From a virus, in IMG/VR virus record IMGVR_UViG_3300042308_001049, positions 66,564 through 130,563 of that record: a DNA stretch of 64,000 nt; one strand, 5' to 3'. The notes under the pieces are model-generated. The model was not told where the DNA came from. It worked only from the letters and a program-made list of their open reading frames with translations, and ran no database searches. Positions 1 to 10,084 of this stretch are shown in pieces; position 1 is the first letter of the stretch, and the number at the start of each line of letters is the position of its first letter. A program made the position numbers and the translations under genes.

Positions 1-598
1 TTCATTCCCTGGACATACTTTAACAGTAGTTGGTGCTATCTCTATTACAGGATCTAACTTAAATTCTACATCTTTAAGATTCCAGGATACAGGAGGAACT
101 TCTAGAAATGCTATGTTTGTAAGTTCTTCAAACTGGTTAACTGTAGGTAATATTAATTATACAGGTGTAGATTTAATAAAAAGTGCTAGAATTAGTGGAT
201 CTCTTTTTGACTCAAATAATAGCTCAGGTAGTGCTAATCAAGTACTTACTTCAACAGCTACTGGTATAGCTTGGGCTACCGGAGGTGGGGGTAGTGTATC
301 AGGTTCACAATATTTTATCCCATACTTCAGTTCATCTACAGTACTTGGAGATACAACAAACTATTTTGAACCTTCATTTGGATTTACAGCATTTAACGGA
401 AATACTCCCAGATCAGTTGTAGACATAGACAATACAGCAGAACCTGCTAATGGTTTTAGAATTAGAGAACCTTACACTCCTACAGGTAATAGCGATAGTA
501 ATGGCTTCCAGGGACAGATAACTTGGGATGAAGATTATTTATATGTTAAAACCGCTGCTAATGGTTGGAAACGAGTTCTATTAGATGGTTCTTTCTAA
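1..598 (+). CDS. Tail fibre-like virion protein, 5'-truncated
   Basis: Frame is open from position 2, upstream of the track's Met at 113. Ser/Gly/Thr-rich; C-terminal GQITWDEDYLYVKTAANGWKRV motif typical of phage fibre tips. Confidence 0.6.
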   Translation, partial: SFPGHTLTVVGAISITGSNLNSTSLRFQDTGGTSRNAMFVSSSNWLTVGNINYTGVDLIKSARISGSLFDSNNSSGSANQVLTSTATGIAWATGGGGSVSGSQYFIPYFSSSTVLGDTTNYFEPSFGFTAFNGNTPRSVVDIDNTAEPANGFRIREPYTPTGNSDSNGFQGQITWDEDYLYVKTAANGWKRVLLDGSF

Positions 599-630
599 TT
601 TAAACGTGCCACTAATTTTTTCTTTTTGTA

Positions 631-638
631 TATTTATA
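631..638 (+). promoter_or_regulatory. Putative late promoter motif TATTTATA
   Basis: Intergenic; the same motif recurs upstream of about 20 genes in the window. Confidence 0.65.
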
Positions 639-662
639 ACAAAACCTAGACTTTAAACAACA

Positions 663-1316
663 ATGGGATATTTAAATAACGCAGTAGTAACAGTAGATGC
701 TATCTTAACAGATAAGGGTAGAGAGTTACTTGCTAAAAATGACGGTACATTCCGTATTACTCAATTTGCTTTATCTGATGATGAGATTGATTATACTCTT
801 TATAATCCAACCAATCCTTCAGGTTCAGCTTATTATGGTCAAGCAATTGAAAACATGCCTCTTCTAGAAGCATTTCCACTTGTAACTCAAGAAATGAAGT
901 ATGTGTTGACTACACTACCACGTGGAACTTCCAAAATGCCAGTACTAGATTTGGGATACGCGGCAATTACTCTAAAACAAGGTGCTTCACTTGCTATTAC
1001 ACCTGAAACATTAAATTATTTAGGTGGTAATGCTACATTTGAGTCTTCAGGTTATACAGCTACTATTTCAGATGTTAGAACATTAAGTCAATTTAATGGT
1101 GTAGGCATCAATACTCCAGATGCAACTGCTTTAAATCAAACTACAACAGTTGGTACTAACGTATCTAAAACAGTAATTGGTACTACAATCAACTTAACTG
1201 CAACTACTGTAAATACATTATTTGGTTCAAACAATATTTTACAAGCTACTTTAACAGTAGTAGGTAGAGATTCAGGTGCTCGTTTAACAATCCCAGTAAC
1301 TATTACAAAACAATAA
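663..1316 (+). CDS. Virion structural protein (baseplate/tail-collar-fibre N-terminal-like)
   Basis: ILTDKGRELLAK...FRITQFALSD resembles the N-terminus of tail-collar fibre proteins; Thr-rich. Confidence 0.55.
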   Translation: MGYLNNAVVTVDAILTDKGRELLAKNDGTFRITQFALSDDEIDYTLYNPTNPSGSAYYGQAIENMPLLEAFPLVTQEMKYVLTTLPRGTSKMPVLDLGYAAITLKQGASLAITPETLNYLGGNATFESSGYTATISDVRTLSQFNGVGINTPDATALNQTTTVGTNVSKTVIGTTINLTATTVNTLFGSNNILQATLTVVGRDSGARLTIPVTITKQ

Positions 1317-1325
1317 GATTAAGAT

Positions 1326-2339
1326 ATGTCATTCAAAAGATTAACCCCATCCGATTTCTTAGTCTCAGCTGACTCAGTTACAGCACCTTGTTGGACAAAT
1401 AATGTTTATAACTTAACTACATTTTTTACTAGTTCAGTTCAAGTAAACAGTTCACAGGGTAGCTATGTTTTAGCAACTTACCAAACTGCGTCTACTTTAG
1501 ATACAGCTGCCATCCAATTTTATGTTGGGTACGCTAATGCTGTAGGTTCAGGCTCGGTACCATACGATGCAAATGTTGTAGGGTATTCACCATCTAAAAC
1601 TTTATATGGTCAATATCGTAATTTACTTTTAGAAGATGAAAACTCTTCATTTATATTTGGTAATGTTACCCAATCAGCCTTCCATATTATTTCTGTAGAA
1701 AGAGCAAATTATAAACAATCTCTTTTTCCAGGTTCACTTAATTTAACTTTAACTAAAAGTGGTACTACACTTAAATTAACAGATAATAGTAATGATGTTT
1801 CTGTAGTACCTTATGTTAATGGAACCCGTGTTTACCAAATCGTATCAGGATCTAATGGTTCAGCTTATACTGGAACAGGGTACTCAACTAACTCAGGTTC
1901 ATATGGTTGGTTTATTCCTGATATGGGAACTATCCTATTGAACTCTGCCGCTTTAGCAGTTGCAGGTGGTGCTGGGGGTGGTATTGGTTTAACAGTCACT
2001 ACTACTAATTCAAATAATACTGCTAACTATGAAGCTTTATTTGATGCTATTCAAACTGGTGCTTCATTCACTTTAAACTCTCAAGAAAATATCACCTCAG
2101 ATTATGTGTTTATAAGACCACAGAATGCTGAGTTTAATTATACAACTAATCCATCATTTATCTCAGGTTCAACTGGTGAGGTGATTTATTCATCATTTAT
2201 AAACAATCCACAAACATATATTACAACTGTAGGTTTATATAATGATGCAAATGAGTTGTTAGCTGTAGCTAAATTATCTAGACCACTAGTTAAAGACTTC
2301 ACTAAAGAAGCCCTTATTAGAGTAAAGTTAGACTTCTAA
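1326..2339 (+). CDS. Virion structural protein with tail-collar-fibre-like C-terminal domain
   Basis: C-terminal YITTVGLYNDANELLAVAKLSRP motif; S/T/G-rich. Confidence 0.55.
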   Translation: MSFKRLTPSDFLVSADSVTAPCWTNNVYNLTTFFTSSVQVNSSQGSYVLATYQTASTLDTAAIQFYVGYANAVGSGSVPYDANVVGYSPSKTLYGQYRNLLLEDENSSFIFGNVTQSAFHIISVERANYKQSLFPGSLNLTLTKSGTTLKLTDNSNDVSVVPYVNGTRVYQIVSGSNGSAYTGTGYSTNSGSYGWFIPDMGTILLNSAALAVAGGAGGGIGLTVTTTNSNNTANYEALFDAIQTGASFTLNSQENITSDYVFIRPQNAEFNYTTNPSFISGSTGEVIYSSFINNPQTYITTVGLYNDANELLAVAKLSRPLVKDFTKEALIRVKLDF

Positions 2340-2343
2340 ATGA

Positions 2344-3339
2344 ATGAGTGCTTGGAAACAATTTTTAGCCTCTGATATAATTGTTACACCGTTTACGGTT
2401 AACAAAGGTTTTGATTTTCCTTATTCACAATGGGCAACTGGGTCTGATGGGCAGTTAGTTGGTATTGATAGATTTTTAGGTATAAATGTTAATTGGTTTG
2501 AGGATAAATCAACTACAGGTACTTTATCTACTGAATACCAGGCTTTAATTTACCAATCAGCTAAACAATTATATTATAGTAATTTTATATCTTCTAGTAC
2601 AGGAGATAATGTAGCTCAACCTGTATTATTTCTTGGTTCTAATCCAAGTGGAGATGTTTTAATTGGTGATGTACAAAGCCCACTATATGATAATTTTCTA
2701 CCTAGTACTTTAATTCCAACTCGTTTTTTCCCTACAGCTTCAGGAGCCACTATAGGAGTTATCTCTATACCATCTAAACTATATGGTGATTACATAGTAC
2801 CTAATACTTTTAGATTTACCTCAGCTAGTGTTTCTTTAATAGATGATGGAGAAGGTAATATTATAGTTGAAACTAACGGATCTAATTTTGGTAATATTAT
2901 ATATAGCCAAGGAATTATTATTTTAACCAATTCAGCTTCATATGCTGAAGGTAGTGGAGGTGGAGCTACTTTTGAGGGATATGGGTTTGATGAGTATGGA
3001 GTAAATGTTTATGGAGCAGGAGATGCTGTTCCATCTATTACAAGTTTTTTAACTTCAACTAATGTCACTTGTTCTTTTTCAAGCTCAATAACTATTTATG
3101 AAGCGCAATATAAATGTACTATAAGAGAAAACGAATTTAATTTTACTTTAAATTCATCAGCTAGAGATAGTAATGGTAATTTAAATAGTAATGTAGCTGG
3201 TCCATTTTTCTCACCATATGTCACAACAGTAGGGTTATATGATGAATTACAAAATTTATTAGCTGTAGGTAAATTAGCTCAACCATTACCAACTTCTAAT
3301 ACAACAGATTTAACAATTTTAGTAAATATAGATAAATAA
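2344..3339 (+). CDS. Virion structural protein, paralogue of 1326..2339
   Basis: C-terminal YVTTVGLYDELQNLLAVGKLAQP matches the preceding gene. Confidence 0.55.
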   Translation: MSAWKQFLASDIIVTPFTVNKGFDFPYSQWATGSDGQLVGIDRFLGINVNWFEDKSTTGTLSTEYQALIYQSAKQLYYSNFISSSTGDNVAQPVLFLGSNPSGDVLIGDVQSPLYDNFLPSTLIPTRFFPTASGATIGVISIPSKLYGDYIVPNTFRFTSASVSLIDDGEGNIIVETNGSNFGNIIYSQGIIILTNSASYAEGSGGGATFEGYGFDEYGVNVYGAGDAVPSITSFLTSTNVTCSFSSSITIYEAQYKCTIRENEFNFTLNSSARDSNGNLNSNVAGPFFSPYVTTVGLYDELQNLLAVGKLAQPLPTSNTTDLTILVNIDK

Positions 3340-3340
3340 A

Positions 3341-4405
3341 ATGGCTCAAGTACTATCAAAAACTGGAATAACAACTTCAAATACTATTGAAGCCTGGCAT
3401 GTTTCTCAATCAATAGATGCGTTTACAGGTGTGGCTGCTTATGATATTTCATTAAGTGGTAGTTTAGCTGTTACAGGATCTATTATAGCAACCCGAAGTG
3501 TTTTAGGGGCATTTACTGGGTCGTTTATGGGTAATTTGAGTGGTACTGCATTATTAGCCACAACAGCTTCATATGCTTTAACTTCGTCATTTGGGTCTAC
3601 TTCTATAAGTGCTTCATATGCTTTAACATCGTCATTTGGGTTTACTTCTATAAGTGCTTCATATGCTCAAACTGCCTCATATGTTTTAAATGCTGTAAGT
3701 GCTTCATTTGCAACCTCAGCTTCTAGAGCAATTTCTTCTTCTTTCGCTACTACAGCGTCATTCGCTAGAGTCTTCCCTTACACCGGCTCAGCTATAATTT
3801 CAGGAGGATTAGAGGTTTATGGTAATTCTTTAATAAATGGAGTTAATGTAGGTCTTAAAAATGTTTCAAGTACTCAATTAGGTAATGCTGCTTTATTCTC
3901 CCTAACTTCAGGAGATGGTAATACTGGTGTAGGATATCAAGCTGGGAATAACCTTCAAGGAGGAGGTGGTAATACCGTTATAGGAGACTCAGCTTTACTT
4001 CAAGCATTTTCTGCAGATAATAATACAGCTATAGGATTCTATTCTCTTTATAATATAACTACAGGAACTGGTAACATTGGTATAGGAGTAAATAACGGTT
4101 TCAATAATGATACTGGTAATTACAATATCTACATTGGTAACGAAGTATATGGTGTTTCTAATGAATCTAATAAATTAAGAATTCATAATTCTGTTTCCAA
4201 CGTGACCAATCCTCTTATCTTAGGTGATTTCTCAACTAGAGATTTAACTATAAATGGAGACTTAATAGTATCAGGTTCACAAGTATTAACTTTAGTACCA
4301 ACCCATCCACTCCCAACAGGTATTGCTACAGGGTCATTTGCTGTGTCAGCAAGTATTCCTCCAAGACCATATATGTGGGATGGATCATCTTGGTATGCTT
4401 TATAA
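3341..4405 (+). CDS. Fibre/adhesin-like virion protein with ASYA and NTAIG beta-repeats
   Basis: SASYA repeats followed by NTGVG/NTVIG/NTAIG/NIGIG repeats. Confidence 0.6.
   Translation: MAQVLSKTGITTSNTIEAWHVSQSIDAFTGVAAYDISLSGSLAVTGSIIATRSVLGAFTGSFMGNLSGTALLATTASYALTSSFGSTSISASYALTSSFGFTSISASYAQTASYVLNAVSASFATSASRAISSSFATTASFARVFPYTGSAIISGGLEVYGNSLINGVNVGLKNVSSTQLGNAALFSLTSGDGNTGVGYQAGNNLQGGGGNTVIGDSALLQAFSADNNTAIGFYSLYNITTGTGNIGIGVNNGFNNDTGNYNIYIGNEVYGVSNESNKLRIHNSVSNVTNPLILGDFSTRDLTINGDLIVSGSQVLTLVPTHPLPTGIATGSFAVSASIPPRPYMWDGSSWYAL
3566..3667 (+). repeat. 45-bp coding tandem repeat (about 2.3 copies)
   Basis: gcttcatatgct starts at 3566, 3611 and 3656 (ASYALTSSFGxTSIS). Confidence 0.85.
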
Positions 4406-4414
4406 ATAATTTTT

Positions 4415-4855
4415 ATGTGGTTATATAATGATAAAGAAGTATCCTGCCTAGATGATTTCCCAGTAGATACTTATGGTTTTATTTATAGAGTCACCCACAA
4501 ACCAAGTGGGATGTCCTATATTGGTAAAAAATCGCTACACCATAACGTAAAGAAAAAACTCACTAAAAAACAACTCGCTGAACAAACTGGTAGAGGTAGA
4601 AAACCTACTACTGAGGTGGTTCAGAAGGAAAGTGATTGGAAAACCTACTACGGCTCAGCTAAACCTATCCTAGAACTGATAAAAGGTGGAAGACAAGATG
4701 AGTTTGAAAGAACTATCTTACATTTGGTTCCAAATAAAAAATTATTAACTTACTATGAATGTAAGTATTTGTTTACATATGGTGTGTTAGAAAACCCATA
4801 TGATTTCTATAACGATAATATTTTAGGTAAGTTTTTTACAAAAGATTTTGCTTAG
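4415..4855 (+). CDS. GIY-YIG family nuclease
   Basis: GFIY...SYIGKK motif and downstream Y-G-S. Confidence 0.65.
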   Translation: MWLYNDKEVSCLDDFPVDTYGFIYRVTHKPSGMSYIGKKSLHHNVKKKLTKKQLAEQTGRGRKPTTEVVQKESDWKTYYGSAKPILELIKGGRQDEFERTILHLVPNKKLLTYYECKYLFTYGVLENPYDFYNDNILGKFFTKDFA

Positions 4856-4856
4856 T

Positions 4857-4885
4857 TTTGCTTAGTAGGATATTTTTCGTATCTT
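4857..4885 (+). promoter_or_regulatory. Bacteroidota-like promoter TTTG-N19-TATCTT
   Basis: Directly upstream of primase; the same TTG-N19/20-TAnnTT layout occurs at seven intergenic sites. Confidence 0.6.
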
Positions 4886-4892
4886 ACCGCGT

Positions 4893-5825
4893 ATGATAAA
4901 TCAGCTAGTAGCAAACTTAGTTAACTCAGTCTTAGGACATGGTAAGCCAACCGCTCGTGGTAACCAGGCTCATACCTGCCCATTCTGTCATCATCATAAA
5001 CCTAAACTAGAAATTAACCTAGATGAAAATGCCACTCACTATCAAAAGTGGCATTGTTGGGCTTGTAATAAAAAAGGAAGTAAACTACTTAGCCTATTTA
5101 AAGCAATTGATGCCTCTATAGATAAGATAGAGGAACTAAAGTCCCTAGTTGGGTCCGGGTTTAGGATTGTAACCCAAGAACAAAAGACTGATCTTAAATT
5201 ACCAGAAGAATTTAAACCGTTATCTGAGATTACAGAAAATGATATTGTAGGTAGACATGCTTTAGCTTATCTAAAAAAACGAGGCGTTAGTAAACACGAT
5301 ATACTCAAGTACAATATAGGATATTGTGACGGTGGTGCCTTTGATAAGATGATCGTTATACCATCGTATAATAACAAAGGTAAATTGAATTACTATGTGG
5401 CTCGTAATTTCAATCCTAACTCTAAGGTAAAATATAAGAACCCAGCACTAAGTAAAAACATTATACCTTTTGAACTATATATTAACTGGTCTTCACCTCT
5501 TATCTTATGTGAGGGACCATTTGATGCTTTAGCCATCAAACGAAATGCTATCCCATTATTAGGAAAACACATCCAGGATAGCTTAATGAAAAAAATTGTA
5601 ACATCAACTGTGAAGCAAATCTATATTGCTTTAGATAAGGATGCTATGAAAGATGCTTTACGTTTTGCTGAGTTGTTATTAAATGAGGGTAAAGAAGTTT
5701 ACCTTGTAGATTTGGATGAAAAGGATCCAAGCGAGATGGGCTTTACCCACTTTACAAACCTTATTCAAAACACTCAGCCTTTAAATCAGTATAACTTAAT
5801 GTCTAAAAAATTACAATTAGTATGA
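4893..5825 (+). CDS. DNA primase (zinc finger + TOPRIM)
   Basis: CPFC...CWAC zinc finger; CEGPFDAL and LDKDA TOPRIM motifs. Confidence 0.88.
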   Translation: MINQLVANLVNSVLGHGKPTARGNQAHTCPFCHHHKPKLEINLDENATHYQKWHCWACNKKGSKLLSLFKAIDASIDKIEELKSLVGSGFRIVTQEQKTDLKLPEEFKPLSEITENDIVGRHALAYLKKRGVSKHDILKYNIGYCDGGAFDKMIVIPSYNNKGKLNYYVARNFNPNSKVKYKNPALSKNIIPFELYINWSSPLILCEGPFDALAIKRNAIPLLGKHIQDSLMKKIVTSTVKQIYIALDKDAMKDALRFAELLLNEGKEVYLVDLDEKDPSEMGFTHFTNLIQNTQPLNQYNLMSKKLQLV

Positions 5826-6598
5826 GTAAAATTATCAAACACACTCACAACCGTATTTTAGAAGTATCAGATGATGCTCAACAAATTACCTTACCAGATT
5901 CACGTTACTATAGACGTAATGGAGAATATTATCCTTCAATCACTTATGTTTTAAGTGCTTACCCTAAAGGAAAACACTTTGAGGAATGGCTTAAGAATAT
6001 GGGTAGAGCAGCTGATCATGCTGTTAAAAAAGCAGCTGAGGAAGGAACTCAAACTCATGAACTTATTGAGAATTATTTAAATGGAGAAGAGCTTCATTTC
6101 CTAGATAGTAGAGGTGTACCTCAACATAATACAGATGTATGGCAAATGTTTTTACGTTTTGTAGATTTTTGGGAGACATATAAACCTAAACTTGTAGAAG
6201 TTGAAGCCCACCTATTCTCAGATGAACTCAAAGTAGCAGGCACTACTGACTTAGTATTTGAGCTAAATGATGAGTTATGGATTGTAGATAATAAAACTTC
6301 AAATAATCTACAAACCTCATATGATTTACAAACCGCTGTTTATGCTAAATGTTATGAAGAATGCTATGGTAAAAAAGTAGACCGAGCTGGTATTTTATGG
6401 CTTAAATCAGCTAAGAGAGGCCCAGATAAATCAGGTAAGAAAATCCAAGGTAAAGGATGGGAGTTGTATGAATCTGATCGTTCTATTGAAGAGAATCTAG
6501 ATATTTTTAAGAGTGTAAAGCGTTTATTTGACCTTGAAAATCCTAACCATTCACCTTCATTTACTGAACTACGAACTGTAGTTAAGAGAGAATTATAA
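5822..6598 (+). CDS. PD-(D/E)XK exonuclease (Cas4/RecB-like)
   Basis: YPSIT, GTQTHELIE, AGTTDLV, IVDNKTS and QTAVY motifs. Confidence 0.8.
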   Translation: MSKIIKHTHNRILEVSDDAQQITLPDSRYYRRNGEYYPSITYVLSAYPKGKHFEEWLKNMGRAADHAVKKAAEEGTQTHELIENYLNGEELHFLDSRGVPQHNTDVWQMFLRFVDFWETYKPKLVEVEAHLFSDELKVAGTTDLVFELNDELWIVDNKTSNNLQTSYDLQTAVYAKCYEECYGKKVDRAGILWLKSAKRGPDKSGKKIQGKGWELYESDRSIEENLDIFKSVKRLFDLENPNHSPSFTELRTVVKREL

Positions 6599-6600
6599 CA

Positions 6601-6608
6601 TATTTATA
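6601..6608 (+). promoter_or_regulatory. Putative late promoter TATTTATA
   Basis: Intergenic copy of the recurrent motif. Confidence 0.6.
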
Positions 6609-6634
6609 CGGAGACACAACTTATATTTTAAGCT

Positions 6635-7006
6635 ATGAAATTATCCGATTTTAAAAAACTCATTATAGAGGCTATCGAAGACGAGAAAAAAGAAACCACT
6701 ATGGAAATAATGGAACCAGATGATCAAATTGGTACCTTCATGATTGTAAAAAAGCCTAGTGGACAATGTAGAACTATGGAAGATATACTTCAAGAAGTAT
6801 CTATCTATGATTCAATCATGAAAGAAGAAATCATCATGGCTACCACTAATAAGTCAGCTGCTCGTAAGTGTGCCACAGAAGCTCTTAAAGAATATGAAAT
6901 GGCTAAAGAAGCTCTTAAAAAAGAAATGGAAGAGTATAGAGAAGCTAAAAAAACAATCGCAGCCAAAAGAGATAAAGCTAAAGAGACCATTATGCGTCTT
7001 AAATAA
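6635..7006 (+). CDS. Hypothetical protein with MKLSDFKKLIIE leader (putative internal head protein)
   Basis: Leader shared with other genes of the array; C-terminal coiled coil. Confidence 0.5.
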   Translation: MKLSDFKKLIIEAIEDEKKETTMEIMEPDDQIGTFMIVKKPSGQCRTMEDILQEVSIYDSIMKEEIIMATTNKSAARKCATEALKEYEMAKEALKKEMEEYREAKKTIAAKRDKAKETIMRLK

Positions 7007-8920
7007 ATGGACCAACTTACTAAATATTTAATTAGTGAACTTATAGATGGTAGAAAAGTAACCGCCGTTTATGGAGGTGAATTTAAACCACCTACTAAGG
7101 AACATTTTAATTTAGTAAAAAAAACTTTAGAAGATAATAAACAAATAGACAAAGTCATTGTTTATGTAGGTGATAAAGCCGAAGAAGGTATAACACAAGA
7201 ACAGTCTTTACAAGTATGGGGTTTATTTAAAGAGATGTTAGGGGATAAGATAGAAATTATCCCCTCTAACCAACCTTTAAATGATATTAAAACTTATATA
7301 AAGGATAATCCTAACGATATTAATATTGAGATATCTTTTGACAAAGGATTAAATAGTATAGGTGCCCGTAAAGCTTTAAAGTCCCGCAATAAAGAAAAAT
7401 TCCTAGAATACCTCCCTGAAGAAATGCCTGACACTGAAAAAGAAAGTGTATGGAGTGTCTTTGAAGATGTTATACTTAAAGAGGGGGATCCTAAAGTAGG
7501 TACAGGTAAAAAACCTAAAGGATCAGGTCGTAGACTATACACAGATGAAGATCCTACAGATACTGTAGCTATAAAATTCTCTAGTAAACAAGATATTATA
7601 GATACCCTATCTAAAACGTCTTTTAAATCAAAACCACACAATCGCCAATCTCAAATCATAAATGTGATTCATCAACGAGTTAGAGCGGCTTATGAACGAG
7701 CTAAAGATCCTGAGGTAAAGGCTAGATTAAAGAAAGCTTTAGATTATGCTGAAAAGAGAAAAGAAGCATCTAAAGAAAAAACACAACGTCTAAATAAAGA
7801 AAATGTAGCTCCTAACCATACTGGTAAGGCTGCTCCTTATGGCTCAGGTTATAAAAAATTAAAAGAAAATACTATTCCTTCAATTGACATAGTTCAAAAA
7901 TGTGCTGAGTTGACTCAACATATGATTGATAAGGGGTATAATATCCGGCCTTTACCTTCAATTAAGTTTATAGATGATGATGTAGAAAACGCCGGAAATT
8001 TCTTAGGTAAAACCGCCTATTATAAACCTGAAGACAAAATGATAGTATTATATACCTATGGACGTCATCCTAAGGATATAGTGCGTTCTTTTGCTCATGA
8101 AATGATTCACCACATGCAAAACCTAGAAGGCAGAATCGGGAATGGGGATATTAAAACTACCAATACAAATGAAGATGATTATCTGAAAAAAATTGAAGCG
8201 GAAGCTAACTTAAAGGGTACTATGACATTTAGGAATTGGACAGATAGTTTAAGAGAAGATGGGAAGAAAGTATCCATTAAAAATATGGATAACTATAAAA
8301 AACAAAATAACCCAAGCGGTAAAGTAAAAGATCCTTTTGGTTTAAATCAGTATGCTCGTGAGTTAACTATAGGTTTACAAGAGGTTGGAGAAGCCACCTT
8401 AAAACCATATGAATGGGAAGAATATACAGGTAAAGAAGGTTATTATAATATTGGATTTATGACTGATTATGGTTTAGAGTATGATGTGGATCTTGAATTA
8501 AAAATATACACACCAGAAAATTCAACATCAAATATTCAAGCAATAGAAATTGGATTTGCTGTAACTGCTGAAGACGAGGATGGGTATAGTTACTCAACTA
8601 CTGATGCCGTGGTTAATAAAGGTGAAATGTATAGAGTAATGTCTACTATAATAGATATACTTAAAGTTTATATTAAAAAATTAAAAGCTGAAGCTATTAT
8701 CTACTCACCTTCTAAAAAACAAGGAGAAGAGTTTGGGTCTCAAAGAGATAATCTATACAAAGCATTTATTTCTAAAGCATTTCCTGGAGTAAAATTTGAA
8801 CAGAAAGGAGATATAGTAGCGGTTATTTTACCTAAAACAACATTGAGTGAAAATAAAGACCCATTTGGTTTAAATCAATACGCAAGAGAATTAGCTCAAG
8901 GTTTAGAAGAGACAACTTAA
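7007..8920 (+). CDS. Mosaic protein: degenerate nucleotidyltransferase-like N-terminus, basic module, HExxH zincin domain, and a module paralogous to 21051..21527
   Basis: GGEFKPPTKEH (HIGH-like, altered); AHEMIH metallopeptidase motif; KDPFGLNQYAREL occurs twice. Confidence 0.6.
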   Translation: MDQLTKYLISELIDGRKVTAVYGGEFKPPTKEHFNLVKKTLEDNKQIDKVIVYVGDKAEEGITQEQSLQVWGLFKEMLGDKIEIIPSNQPLNDIKTYIKDNPNDINIEISFDKGLNSIGARKALKSRNKEKFLEYLPEEMPDTEKESVWSVFEDVILKEGDPKVGTGKKPKGSGRRLYTDEDPTDTVAIKFSSKQDIIDTLSKTSFKSKPHNRQSQIINVIHQRVRAAYERAKDPEVKARLKKALDYAEKRKEASKEKTQRLNKENVAPNHTGKAAPYGSGYKKLKENTIPSIDIVQKCAELTQHMIDKGYNIRPLPSIKFIDDDVENAGNFLGKTAYYKPEDKMIVLYTYGRHPKDIVRSFAHEMIHHMQNLEGRIGNGDIKTTNTNEDDYLKKIEAEANLKGTMTFRNWTDSLREDGKKVSIKNMDNYKKQNNPSGKVKDPFGLNQYARELTIGLQEVGEATLKPYEWEEYTGKEGYYNIGFMTDYGLEYDVDLELKIYTPENSTSNIQAIEIGFAVTAEDEDGYSYSTTDAVVNKGEMYRVMSTIIDILKVYIKKLKAEAIIYSPSKKQGEEFGSQRDNLYKAFISKAFPGVKFEQKGDIVAVILPKTTLSENKDPFGLNQYARELAQGLEETT

Positions 8921-8921
8921 G

Positions 8922-8951
8922 TTTGGCTCCCCACCTTTTTTCCCGTAACTT
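8922..8951 (+). promoter_or_regulatory. Bacteroidota-like promoter TTTG-N20-TAACTT
   Basis: Exact 20-nt spacer; upstream of the nucleotidase gene. Confidence 0.55.
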
Positions 8952-8962
8952 CATCCCCCATT

Positions 8963-9475
8963 ATGAGACTAATTGAAATGCTTAATGAAATAAAGGAGAA
9001 AGAAGGGTATATAATATACTCGGACATGGATGGGGTAATAACGGACTTTGATAAACGTTTTATGAAGTACTCGGAGGGTATCCCTCCCGCTCAATACGAA
9101 CTTGAGAATGGTGCTAAAGCATTTTGGAATCTTATAAATAATGCCGGGGTTAAATTTTGGTCCGAGATGAATTGGATGCCTTACGGTAAAAAATATTGGG
9201 AACGTATCAAACAATATAATCCTATTCTCCTATCTGCTCCTTCACAAGATAAATCATCTTATATTGGTAAAAAGGAATGGGTTAATAAGAATTTACCTGG
9301 GTCTGAGCTTATCTTAGCAGCTGCTGAGGATAAACAAAAATATGCTGCTCCTAATCATATTCTGATAGATGATAGAAAATCAAATATTGATCAATGGGAA
9401 GCTAAAGGTGGTATAGGTATTAGATATATATCACTCAGTCAAGTTATAGAAGATTTAGAAAAATTAGGTTTATGA
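8963..9475 (+). CDS. HAD-family 5'(3')-deoxyribonucleotidase
   Basis: DMDGV motif I, ILLSAP, KKEW and LIDDR motifs; N-terminal MRLIEMLNE leader. Confidence 0.8.
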   Translation: MRLIEMLNEIKEKEGYIIYSDMDGVITDFDKRFMKYSEGIPPAQYELENGAKAFWNLINNAGVKFWSEMNWMPYGKKYWERIKQYNPILLSAPSQDKSSYIGKKEWVNKNLPGSELILAAAEDKQKYAAPNHILIDDRKSNIDQWEAKGGIGIRYISLSQVIEDLEKLGL

Positions 9476-10053
9476 GTAAAGACAATGTTTTAAAAAAACA
9501 ATTCCAGGAAAAAGACGTTCAACGTTTAAGAAATATAGTAAAAGGTAAATATGCAGATAAATCCCAAGTATCAGTCGGTTTTACAAAAGAACAAGAACTC
9601 TATCATACGGAAGGAGATACTTGGACCGAAGGAGATAAGACGTGGACAATTAAGGATGGCATTAAGCAAAATGTTACCAAACTTGATAAAGCGCGTGAAG
9701 CGGTCAATTTCCCGATTTTTTGCCCGTCTTGTAAAAAACCGATGAAACCACACTTAGATAAGAAGTGGTTTAACATGTATAAACGTTGTTTTAATTGTCA
9801 GATTGATTTTGAAACCAATTTACGTACCCAAGGTTTATGGGAAGAATATCAAACATTCCTTCATAATTCAGATGTAGAGGGTTTAATTAAAGAATTTGAA
9901 CTTTGGATAAATGAAGAAATTCAACATAGTAATATTCAATCTTATATCACCGAGGCAGGTGATATAGAAAAATGGACAGGTTCAACTAAAAATAAACTTC
10001 TTGAATCAAAAGAAGAAACTATTAAATATTTGCAAAGTTTAAAGAAAGGTTAA
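9472..10053 (+). CDS. Hypothetical zinc-finger protein
   Basis: CPSC...CFNC. Confidence 0.55.
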   Translation: MSKDNVLKKQFQEKDVQRLRNIVKGKYADKSQVSVGFTKEQELYHTEGDTWTEGDKTWTIKDGIKQNVTKLDKAREAVNFPIFCPSCKKPMKPHLDKKWFNMYKRCFNCQIDFETNLRTQGLWEEYQTFLHNSDVEGLIKEFELWINEEIQHSNIQSYITEAGDIEKWTGSTKNKLLESKEETIKYLQSLKKG

Positions 10054-10084
10054 TATTTATTATATATACCTAAATCCTAATATA

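Noticed and set aside
4415-4855. GIY-YIG gene as a mobile homing endonuclease
   Set aside because: Short, lacks an obvious DNA-binding tail and does not interrupt a gene; mobility cannot be supported.
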